Below are positions 23,457-34,147 of a DNA stretch of 64,000 bases, piece after piece. A model generated the notes under the pieces. The model saw only the letters and a program-made list of their open reading frames with translations. It made no database searches and had not been told where the DNA came from. This DNA is from Macrostomum lignano (Eukaryota), in NCBI GenBank assembly GCA_002269645.1, contig NIVC01001450.1:223257-287256 (forward strand). The letters are read 5' to 3'. Position numbers and translations under genes: made by a program. Positions within the stretch are counted from its first letter, which is position 1. Each line of letters begins with the position of its first letter.

Positions 23457-26400
23457 ATGTCCGTTTGGGCCAGCAGTTGGCTTTGCGGAGTGCCTCTGCT
23501 GCTGCTCGGCTGCTTCTGCTGCCTGCGGTGGGCCACCGGCTCTGCCGCAGATCCCGGCGGTTCCGGGTCGGTTGGTGAGTTCGGAGCTTACCATGATTGC
23601 TGGGCTGGTGATGGAAGGTGTGATCTGATCTACTGACTATACTCGTACAGGAGTCACAATGTCCACTTCATGCAAATTTTTGCGTACAAGCTATTGTAGA
23701 TGCTAGAGTGCCATTATCGACGGTATTATCGATGCTAGAGTGCCATTGTTGACGTTATTATCGATGAAAGAGTGCCATTATTGACGTTATTATCGATGAA
23801 AGAGTGCCATTATCGACGTTATTATCGATGCTAGAGTGCTATTATCGATGTTATTATCGATGCAAGAGTGCCATTATCGACGCTATTGTTGATGCAAGAG
23901 TGCCATTATCGACGCTATTGTTGATGCAAGAGTGCCATTATCGATGTTATTTTAGATGCTAGAGTGCCATTATCGACGCTATTGTTGATGCAAGAGTGCC
24001 ATTATCAACGTTATTGTTGATGCAAGAGTGCCATTATCGACGCTACAGAGCTATTATCGACGCCGGAGAGCCATAATACATGTAGATGCTGGAGAGCCAT
24101 TATCGACGCTATTGTTGATGCAAGAGTGCCATTATCGATGTTATTTTAGATGCTAGAGTGCCATTATCGACGCTATTGTTGATGCAAGAGTGCCATTATC
24201 AACGTTATTGTTGATGCAAGAGTGCCATTATCGACGCCGGAGAGCCATAATACATGTAGATGCTGGAGAGCCATTATCGGCGCTAGAGTGTTAATTTAGG
24301 CAGAGAAGGTACCAGGCCAGATGCTAGTAAATTAGCGAAGGTACTTACTTTGAGGTCCGATCCAGGTGCTATGGCGCTATTTCCTAGGAGACAATCTAGG
24401 AGGGAAAGCAAAATGTTTTGCAGACATCTCGATATCTTTGACAATCCCGATGCTCAACAGCCAGCCGCTACTTCACCTCGGCGAGCTCAGCACCGGCTCC
24501 GATATCTTCCCCAATGTCTGTCAGCCCGGCCCGCAGCGACATCGAGTGCGCCGGAATCTGCGCTTCGAAACTCGGCTGTCGGCACTTCCGGTTCGCAGTC
24601 GAGAGCCTGAGCTGCGCCCTTTACGACGCAGGCAGCGGGGGCGCCGGAGGGACTTCCGAAGTGGCGGCTTTTGAAGCCGACGGTGAGAAGCAAATCTCAG
24701 TGCGACACTTATCCAAGGACTACTAAAGTAGAAGGACGCGACACTCGCAATCAATAGAAAATGTTTTGAAGGCCACCTTTCGCCGAAAAATGCACTACGG
24801 AGATAGGAAAGCTTCATTTTTTCAGCACAAAAATATTTATTCCGTTAGATAGAAGGCCGACCCAATGCTCATCATTTAATATGCTCTGCCTTTCTTACAG
24901 CTCTATAATTGATATTACGGCAATAGATCTTTGATATCAATAGAGCTATAAGAAAGGTACAGCATATCAAATTATGAACACTGGGTCTGCCTTCTATCGA
25001 ACGCAATAACAAATGACATTTTCCATAGACTGCGAGTGTCGCGTCCTGTATATACATGCTTTAGTTGTCCTTGCACTTATCACTGGGATCCCAGTTGCTA
25101 CAATAAAGCCAGAGCCACAGCTTTGACAATGCTCAAAGTGCGACCCTAAGTGCTCGTAATTGTGGGACCTTGACTAAAGTTGATGTCAAATCGACACCCT
25201 GGAGTGAAAGCCAAAACGGTAGCTTAAAACGCTTCAACCTTGATAAGATGTCATTTGAGGACTGCTTGAGGTCGAGACTTAGGGCCAAAAGGTACAAGAC
25301 GTTTTGGGCATTCAAATTCCCGATTCTAATCGAGAATGTTGGGGGTCACTGAGAATTCAACCCGCGCGATTACCCCACAGCAACCAACTGCCCCTACATG
25401 GCAACACTCGGCGATCGCAGCTTCTGCACCTTCCAAGAGCGAAACAGCGCCTCTGTGAGCTTCGAGAGAACCTGGACAGAGTACGAGGCCGGCTTTGGAG
25501 ACGGCAGCAACTTCTGGATCGGCGAGTGGCGAAGCTTTTGTCTACTTATGTATCAGTAGTATTGTAGGATTTTGGTAACTTTTATTAAAGCCCTTTGTTG
25601 TCTAGTGGTTAGGAGGGTTATAGCCTAGAGACTAGAGCGTCGGACTCACGAATTCAAGGTCGGGGGTTCGATTCCCGATCCCTCAGGAACAATATGTGTC
25701 CTTAAGCAAGACACTTAACTCTGCATTGCTTCAGTTCACCCAGCTGTGAAATGGGTGCCAGCATTAGCTTGGGTAATTGAAGGTGTGTGTGGCGACCCCC
25801 CAGTCCTTGGACTGAACAGCCGTACGCAGCCTTCAGATGCGAAATAGCTGCGGCTGAGCTGTCGGTTGCACATCTGGCATGATTGGGGCAGGTGTAATCA
25901 ATTATTATTATCAGTAGTAGTATTATTAAGACCTTAGATATTTAGTATATTGTGATAAAGACCCTTGACTTTTATATCCTAAATGTCATTGCCGAAGGCT
26001 CACCCATTCCGTATCAACTTTCCGTATCAAAAATTTGACATTCAGTCGTACCCGTGTCAATCAGGCCTCCAGCGCATTCACGAGCTCACAGCCTCCACGC
26101 CGAGAACCCTCCGGATCCGTTTTCTGCTGTACAACAACTCCGAGTACTTCAACGAGTACAGCAGCTTCACGGTGGGCAATTCGACAACAAAGTACCAGAT
26201 GAACTATGCCGCGTTTCTGTCCAACCAGTCAAACTTGGCGAGCGACTGCCTGGCGGTGCACAATGGAATGAAGTTCTCCACCAAGGACCAGGACAATGAC
26301 GCTGCGCAGGCAGACTTCTGCGCAGTCGCATACGGAAATGCGGGCTTCTGGTTCAACTACTGCCTCACGTGCAACCCGAACGGTTGGTACGCGCCCAGCG

Positions 26401-26492
26401 GAGACGTCTACAGCCCCAAGTACGCCTACTGGAAATGCGTCGAGAATAACTACACTGCGGTTCGCTCCATCAGCATGATGCTGCAAGTCTGA
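23457..26492 (+). CDS. Secreted PAN/apple + fibrinogen C-terminal domain protein (FReD/ficolin-like), 4 exons, ~302 aa
   Basis: join(23457-23574, 24461-24682, 25381-25521, 26065-26492) = 909 nt, all phase 1. Signal-peptide-like start MSVWASSWLCGVPLLLLGCFCCLRWATG. PAN Cys pattern ECAGIC...C...C. FReD motifs FERTWTEYEAGFG, FWIG|LQRIHELT, HNGMKFSTKDQDND and GFWFNYCLTCNPNG. Intron 3 is GC-AG. The exon-2 acceptor is the least certain boundary. Confidence 0.85.
23700..24290. repeat. 32-bp minisatellite in FReD intron 1
   Basis: Unit GATGCAAGAGTGCCATTATCGACGCTATTGTT, about 18 variable copies. Confidence 0.9.
24714..25073. mobile_element. hAT-type MITE (CAAGG family), internally deleted, in FReD intron 2
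   Basis: Ends CAAGGACTACT...AGTTGTCCTTG. Exact 8-bp TSD CACTTATC at 24706-24713 and 25074-25081. Homologous to 13667-14364. Confidence 0.85.
25595..25920 (+). mobile_element. CORE-like SINE family 1 in FReD intron 3
   Basis: Head, CORE-like block TGTGTCCTTAAGCAAGACACTTAACTC, shared 3' body and ATT tail. Confidence 0.75.
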
Positions 26493-26883
26493 AGTCTGCA
26501 AGGCTGAATTCGACAAGTCAGCCAGAGATTGAAGAGATGAAAGAGTACTGCATGGGGATCGAAAATTTTCATGCACACTTGAGAATATTGTTTTGTAGCT
26601 ATTTGTTTAAATCGGTAGGTTTATATATGGAGCTTTATTTAGTTCTGTAGGTGGTCAATTATTGTTTTATTAGCCATGATGCTTCAGGATACACAGAGTT
26701 AAACTTTTTCTGGAATATATTTATTCAAACGAAGGTTTCAATAAATAAATACACAGTTAGAGCACACTTTTTAAAGAGCTGGAGTAGTGGTTAATCATAG
26801 ATGAAAATGTTGAAGTTAAATAAAGCTGACCTGATTTTTGTTTCAATTTAAACTCTTCCAAATCAACTGAGATCAGTTCCAGT

Positions 26884-29800
26884 CTATCCGCGGGAGCTGA
26901 GCTGCATGAGAGCGGCGAAAGCAGCGATGAGCATCCGGGGCCGGGCCTGCGCAATGTCCACCGGGGAGGCGAACACCTTGGCACCGGCTCGCCAGCTTAG
27001 ACTGACAGCCAGGCGGGCGTTCTGCAGCCGCTCCTGCGTTTTATTCGAGGTTGGTTGGCTCAGCCAGGTCATTGGGAGCGTCAGGGCACATGCAGTACGA
27101 ATACCCTCGAATTTGTTATGGGAGACCCATATTTATTTCAGAACGGTATTGAGTGTTTAGTGTTTTCGACGTTAAAATAGCAATTGTCCCTGTTGGGACA
27201 TAAACCTAAACCTAAACCTAAACCTAAACCTAAACTACGTGTCGCTCGCAGGTTTTTCTTTTTTACTTTTTGAAGGAAAATAATGGGTTTAAAGCAAAAA
27301 GCACCCGCCCTGAAATTCTGACATCTAGCCTGAAATATCAGCATCCTCTGAGTTTTGGATCGAAGCATCTCAGCAACCCCCATGAGTCTTGACCTTGAAA
27401 TCTCAACGATTCTCCCCATGAGCAACAGCATTTCGGCGACCCCCCATACATCTCAGCAACTCTCTTTAAGAGCCACAAAATTTCAGCAGTTCTTCAGCCT
27501 CAAGCTTGTTGTTCGAGTCCAAATTTGAAGCTTTATTGCCTGTCTGATCGACGGATTGCTGACAAATGCTGGGAAGTTCGTGATTCTCAAACTCACCGCC
27601 TCGGTGGCCCCCGGCAGCACCAAGCTGTAGTCGACGTAGCCGGGCCTCAGGCAGTCGATGAGGTCCAGCAGGCAGTGGCAGTTGCCCAGGCCGGCGTCCA
27701 GAAACGAGCGCAACCGCGACTTCTTGCCACCGCGCTGCAGCTGCTCGTTCGTCCACTCGACAATCGTGTTCTCGTCAACCAGCCGCTTGGAATTCTCGAC
27801 TCGATTGTCCCCCCTGGAGACTGCGGCCGGGTTGTGCGAGAGCATCAGCTGCCGCAGCAGCGCAAGAGTCGGCATCTCGTCACCGTCCAGGAGGCTCTTG
27901 CCACGGATGCCCACCAAGCTGAAGCCCAGCTGCCTGCCCAGCTCCACAGCGTAGTCGCAGTTCTCCAGCCGCTGAAAGTAGGCTCGGGCCCCGCGAAGTG
28001 TCTGGCTCACGCGCGACCACTGGACCAGGCCCGGCCGGATCTGGTCCAGCAGCTGCAGGTACGGCAGCCCGGAGCTCGCGTCTGTGTACAGGCAGTTGAT
28101 CCTGGGCTGCACCCCGGCCGAGTTCATCCAGTTCGCGTAGGTTCTCTCCTCGCGAACCAGCTCTGGCGGCTTTTCAGCGGCCTGCTCAGCCCCGGCCTGG
28201 CCGCCATCCGGCAGCTCGGGCAGGCAGGGCCACCTTTTGAACAGGTTGGCCACGAACATGACGTTCAGGTTGGAATTTCCGCTGACAATGTCCTCCGGCT
28301 GAAGAAATTCGCGAGCTTCAATGAGATCCGCGTTCTGCAGAACCAGCTGCGCTCTCAGGAGGAGGTCACTTTGAGCGACAATTCCCTGCAAGTTTGCGGC
28401 ATTTTCAAGCTTCATTCAGATGCACTGGGGCAAGTTCCTGCTCACTCCCAAGGATGTATTCTTTGTCCTCAGGCAGTGCAGCATTGGATTTAGCCACACC
28501 AGCCAAAGGCCGGGTTTAGTTTAGGTCAGGTTTAGTTTAGATTGGGTTTAGTTTAGGTCAGGTTTAGTTTTATGAACGGGATGAGAATACAGCCAGAAGG
28601 CAACGCTCGAAAGTGAAAAGTGACTCAAAAAATAAACAGCTGCTTTCTAAAGTGCAAAATTTAGGAAGCAGGGGTACGAGTAGGATTCTGTCTTTTCGGG
28701 TCGAATGTGTGCGATAAGCTAATACTTATTGCGATCAGAACCGAGGTGACTCACCGCAGCAGGATTCAAGCAGTCCCTCATGTCAGGCGGGCAGATCTGC
28801 TGCAGCAGAAGCGCGTAAGCCGCGCTGTCTCTCACATCCTCACTGAAGTTTTCAATCGAACGTTCACTGCCCGCATTACGCAGATGGTAGTTCACCCATC
28901 GCATGAGCATTTGCTCAGGTGCAATGCCTCGAATGTCTGCGTCCTGTTCTGTCTCTGGGAGCATGGCTTTGAGCTTCTGCGAGTCTGCGGCAGCTGCCTG
29001 CTTGACAGCATCAGTCAGGCCGAACCAGATCAGCTGCCACAGGAGATCGAGCAGCAGCTTCGGACTCTGCGCCAATTCAGCCGCCTCGGAGCTAACGGGA
29101 ACTCCGAGGCTTTGAGCCGAGTTCAGCGCCAGGGTAATGTTCTCAATCTGGTGCGACCGATTCATGCCTGCGTCTCTGTGCAACGCTCGCTTGTCGATTG
29201 TGTCCTGTGAGACAGCGTTGACCGCGCTGCTGCAATGGACAGATGTAGTAGTGAAATGTTCTGTCAGTTGCAATGCTTTAGACTACAAGCTGCAAACAAA
29301 GGCTCTAAGTTTTCTTGGAATAAATCCAGGAAACCTTCAAGGATTGTTCTGCTACTTGTATCACAGAATAAATAATTGCATGCAACGGTTAGTGATTTAC
29401 CATAGTAATATGCCATCGTCAAATTTCCCTTCGATTTCCGCCAGGATGTCCTCAATTGGCAAGTACTTCTCACAGTCAGGATCCGACCTCAGGTTTTTGT
29501 TAAGCCAATCAGCCACTGCTGCCTTCTCTCCAGCAGCTGGTTGGTCTGAAACCTCTGCTCCAGGTTCATCCTTCGACTCTGAAGTCTCGTTCTTCGTTTC
29601 CATAGTAGGAGGTTCATCTTCTAACGTTTCGAATCGGACAGCATCCAGTGCCGGCTCGTCTTCTGGTGCTTCCGGTTGCGCCTCTCCCAGTGCCGGCTCG
29701 TCTTCTGGTGCTTCCGGTTGCGCCTCTCCCAGTGGCGGCTCATCTTCCAGCAGCAGTTTTTCTAATTCGTTTTCCAGCTGCAAATCGGCTAATTCCTCAG

Positions 29801-32663
29801 GCCGAGGCGCATCCGGCAGCGGGTCCAGCGCCATCTCTTTTCTTTCGTGGTTCTCCTGCTTTCGCTTGCGCAGTCTTTCATTACCCAGGCGACTCAGGTT
29901 GAGCTTAGCCGCCGATCGAATTTCCTTGTTTCGAATAGTTTGATCCTTCTCCGATTCGAACTTGTAGCTTAGCAGCTCGGCGCACATGTTCTCACTGGGA
30001 CCGCCGAGCAGCTTAACAGACGAGCCTGCCGAGTCTTCGAGTCCCTCGATGGTGCCCTGCCAGATGTTGACATCGTCCCGCTGCATCACGGTGCGCTCGT
30101 TCTTGCCCTCGTTCAGCAAGTAGGCCACTTTGAAGTCCGGATCGCCGATTCGGACACTCACCGACACCGGCTTGTTCAGAGGCAGCAGCTTCTGCGTCGG
30201 ATGCAACAGTAGATTGTCGCTGCTCCACGCGGGCAGGGGCTCCGGGAACTGCTCAGCTCGACCGTCCAGCTGGCCCACGCACCGGATGAAGTAGTTCATG
30301 TAGCGCTGCCACGGGCTTGAGCTGCTCTGTCGGTAAAATAGTTGCAGAACGTAGTGACCAGCGATCTTGAACCGCACGTCCACGATGAAGCCGTCGCTGT
30401 CCCTGGAGATGAAAGTGTAGCCGCTGAGCTCTTCGCTCTCCCCGTTCGAGCAAATGTAAGACAGCTCAGCCCTGATTTCCAGGCGAGCTCTTGAAGCAAA
30501 CTTGAGCTGAAGGCTGGGGTCATTGCAAAGAATGTACGGATCGGGATGGCTCAGCGGCCGCACGAGTTCTTGCACGGCATCGTCAGCAACGTCCAGTCCG
30601 CCCAGGCTGTCCAGGTCCGGCAAGGGAAAGTCGCGACAATCGCGAAATTCAGACGCAGAGTCGAGCAGAAACTGACAGACTGGGATGCCTCTGTCGCGGA
30701 CGACCAAGGCGAATGACCCCGAGTCTGGCGACAGAAACTGGATGCTGGTCTTTGGACCGACTGTCCAGGTCAGCAGGTTCTTTGGCGATATGCTTTCGTC
30801 AGCGGCTCCGTACAGCTGGCACTCCAGCCGGTGCGGGCGCTGATCTGTGGACTCCAACTGAATCAGCCGCTCGCCGTCCTCCACCTTGATCTCGCCGGGC
30901 TCGTCCGTTCTCAGTCGAGTAGCAGCAAGCTGCGCTCCGGCCCCAAAGTGCATCAGATCCGCGCAGCCCACGGGCACCATCTTGGCGGTCCGGTCAGCTC
31001 GGGGGCAGTGAATGACGTAAGAGACGTATTCAACTCCCTTTTGTACAATCTTGTCGGGATAATCGATAGTTCTTAGGGAATAAATTGATAACATGAATTT
31101 CCCGCTGCACGGCGGAACAAACTTGAAGCGCACAGTGTCGTGGCTCATTCTGGTTGTTTTGGACAGGTAGCCGTTGATGCTGGCTTGCTGTTTGATCTCC
31201 GCCCGGGTCCCATCGGTGATGTTGGATTTGTGGATGCTAACAACGGCTTTGTAGTCGTACATCTGGCCGGCAGCCTCCCTTAGGTAAACCTTGACGGTAC
31301 CTGGCTTGCCCAGAATGACATTCAGCGGGTGGCTACTGGGGTTTATGCTGTAGTGGAACATCTCGTCCAGGGCCCCTGAAAAGAACTTCGGCATTCGATG
31401 AAACTCGGCCAGGGTGAGGGGCCTGGCCAGCAGCTGCCACTGGATCAGTTCCTCCACGGGGAAGTGCGTGAGAATGAGGTTCTCCGGATCGGTGAGGAAG
31501 TAGAACTCGTTGCAACCGTAAATCAGCCGTCCCTCCGACTTCCTCGAGTCCTCAACGTTGCCCTGGTTGTCCAGTTTGGAATAGTTGCCAGTGTCGAACT
31601 CGGTGAGGATCTGCGCGCCCCACAGCGGATCGACGAGGCGCCACTCGCCCTCGACGTAGCAAGCGGTCCAGTTGCCGCCAGACCTCCGGGCCTCCATGCC
31701 GCTCTCGAAGCCCGCGCCTTTCTTGTAGCCGAATATCTTTTTGGATGGCACATTGGTCAGCCTGTGCATGTAGTTTTCAGGTAGTATACAGTATTGGTAT
31801 CTCATAGAGTTTTTGCTTTAAGGTAATGCTAGTCTCTTTAACAGACCAGCTCATATCTTATTTGTTATTTTGCTTTTTATCCCAAATTTTAAACACTAAA
31901 CTTGAGTTTTCAAGAATGGCTTTACTGAGTCCTAATTTCAAAGTAAAACTCGCAGAGAAACGCATTTTTAGGATGTGTTTCTGTTCTTGTGCTTTAGATT
32001 GACAATAATTCTAAGTAGGTTTTCAGTCATATGTGCATACCTAAATAGGTTTCCACATGGCCAAGTGGGGATATAAAGAAAAAAATTATATATATTTGAT
32101 AATCAAAGCCAAAAAGTGAGCATAACTTTTTATCTTCATGCTGATAATTAACCTTACCCGATCAACCAATCGAAAATCTCATCACTGTCGTTGGTTTGCC
32201 GCATCCGCCTGACCCGGGTGTAGAACTCAGACTCAACCTCCGCCTCGGCCAGCTCGTCCACCGGCAGGCAGCAGACGAAGCAGAAGGCCGCCCGCACCGA
32301 GTCCAGGCCGCAGCGGCTCCGCTCGAACAGCCGCACGGCGAATTCCGCGTCCGACTCGAGCGGCTCCGGCTGCAGCGACTTCACGAATTCATCCTTCTCG
32401 GCGAACTTGGCCGCGTCGAAGATGTCCGACTTGAGCCGACGCGATGGGAACGGGCCGACATCCGTGGCGTCCGGGTCTTTGGGCTCCTCGCCCAGAGTGC
32501 GCTGCAGGTGGGCGAGCACCGTGGGAGTTGGGTAGAACCCGGACGCGATTTTCTCGGCCAGGATGTCCTCGTCCAGCAGGTAGGAGGCCAAGTCGATTTC
32601 CCCATCTTCCGGCCGGTAGGTGCGGTAATACTCCAGATCTGCGAGACTCGGTGGAAGGGACAT
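26884..32663 (-). CDS. KY/hillarin-type transglutaminase-like protein fused to a fimbrin/plastin four-CH actin-bundling core, 5 exons, ~1426 aa
   Basis: complement(join 32158-32663, 29401-31761, 28755-29229, 27597-28385, 26884-27033) = 4281 nt, with GT-AG introns in phases 2,2,0,0. KY/hillarin motifs GYKKG, WTACYVEGEWRLVDPLWGA and EFYFLTDP...HFP...WQLL are present. Plastin motifs are WLNKNLRSDPDC...DGILL|C, ENITLALNSA, LMRWVNYHL, NVMFVANLF, REERTYANWMNS, ENCDYAVELG and NARLAVS. Confidence 0.88.
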
Positions 32664-33157
32664 TGCAGAATCCCAAACACGTAAGCAGCTCTACAAGTAA
32701 AAATTTCTTCTCTTTGATTTTTTGGAGAGCTCTTGAATGCAGCACTGCTGGCCCGCTATCTAATCTTAATTACGCTAAAAATAAGGCACTAACATTCTCA
32801 CGGATTTACTGCTGCTCTTCTCACCGCCCGTACGAGCGCAGCAGCGCGCAAGTGCACAAAACAACCGCCTTTGACAGGCTGCGATATGAAGATACGAAGC
32901 TTACAGAAGCCTGAAGCGTACGTACGCTTCTGCTGGCTCGTGAATGTACGATTGTACTTTTAATTTAACAAGCCCGCAAGCAAGTGAGAGCGCACAGACT
33001 TTGAGTCTCGTACAAGCGGCAGACAATCGAAATAAAATGGACAAAAGCGGGTATACAGCAAAACCGCAACCCTTAAGGAGGCCGTAATGTCAAGTGGTCT
33101 GGCGCAGTCGCATTAATTTCGAGCCGTCTGCTGATGCAAAATTATAACGGCTTTGGG

Positions 33158-33335
33158 GGAGGGAAACCCCCAGGGCACAGTGAAATGTAACATGTCTAAC
33201 GATAAATAAAGTTGGGGCCGCTGTGAAATCCTGTGTCCGTGCATAAGACTGCGTACGTATCTGCGCGCTTGTATGCCTGCTCAGGGGAGTCGGCGGAATG
33301 GGCAGAAATGCCTCTCGCCGGTTGTGTGACAATGT
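33158..33335 (+). mobile_element. SINE family 2 body fragment
   Basis: Matches 15970-16120 and 21790-21990. Confidence 0.6.
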
Positions 33336-33825
33336 CGCTTTAAGTGCGCCAGGGTGTACACAGCCCCTTTGTCTCCCACTAAAAAATCGCAATCCATTCT
33401 TTTATCTGTAAAATTTTAACCGACGTCAAGAATATCCTGGTGCGAGAAACAGAGTTTATTTCATGTTTATTAAGCAAAGAAAGTAGTAAATTTACTAAAG
33501 AAAGCAAACTGCCAAATCTACAAAGCAATTAGCTTTTCACTTCAACTCGGAACTGAAGTGCGCAGGTTTAAGCTGAAACAAGTGGGACAAGATTTGTGCA
33601 TACGTCTTCGTATATTTGTCAGTGAGCAGTACAAGCAATATCAGTGCAGAGCTGAATGGAGCGAAAGATCTATCAGACTTACGAGTACTAAAGCAGTTTA
33701 TAACTGGGAAGACTAAATACATAAATGCAACGGAGACAAAAGTTTGCAGAATTCATCCAACTACATGTCCAAGCAACATTAGATGTAGAAAACTGAAGGT
33801 AAACTTATGAACAAAGCTTAGCGTT

Positions 33826-34120
33826 GAGTAGGTTTCTAATCATCTACCCACCTGTGAGTAGGTTTCCAATCATCTACCCACCTGTGAGTAGGTTTCCAAT
33901 CATCTACCCACCTGTGAGTAGGTTTCCAATCATCTACCCACCTGTGAGTAGGTTTCCAATCATCTACCCACCTGTGAGTAGGTTTCCGATCATTTATCCA
34001 CCTGTGAGTAGGTTTCCGATCATCTACCCACCTGTGAGTAGGTTTCCAATCATCTACCCACCTGTGAGTAGGTTTCCGATCATCTACCCACCTGTGAGTA
34101 GGTTTCCAATCATCTACCCA
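33826..34120. repeat. 30-bp minisatellite just downstream of the GT32 stop codon
   Basis: Unit GAGTAGGTTTCCAATCATCTACCCACCTGT, about 10 near-identical copies. Confidence 0.95.
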
Positions 34121-34147
34121 CTAATCAACTCATCTAATCACCAGGGC

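Noticed and set aside
24350-24674. Use of the stronger-looking TTTGCAG acceptor at 24423 for FReD exon 2
   Set aside because: In phase 1 it reads a frame without the PAN cysteines and stops at 24674. The acceptor at 24460 gives a continuous frame.
27201-27235. (TAAACC)n, and GGTTTAG-rich 28510-28570, as interstitial telomere
   Set aside because: Only 5-6 units, not the TTAGGG repeat, and intronic; more likely a simple repeat or part of a TE.
27525-28493. Long antisense or alternate-frame ORFs over real exons (also 18226-18918, 20845-21573, 29137-29943, 852-1391, 7927-8361)
   Set aside because: These are shadows of GC-rich coding sequence with no recognisable motifs or splice support.
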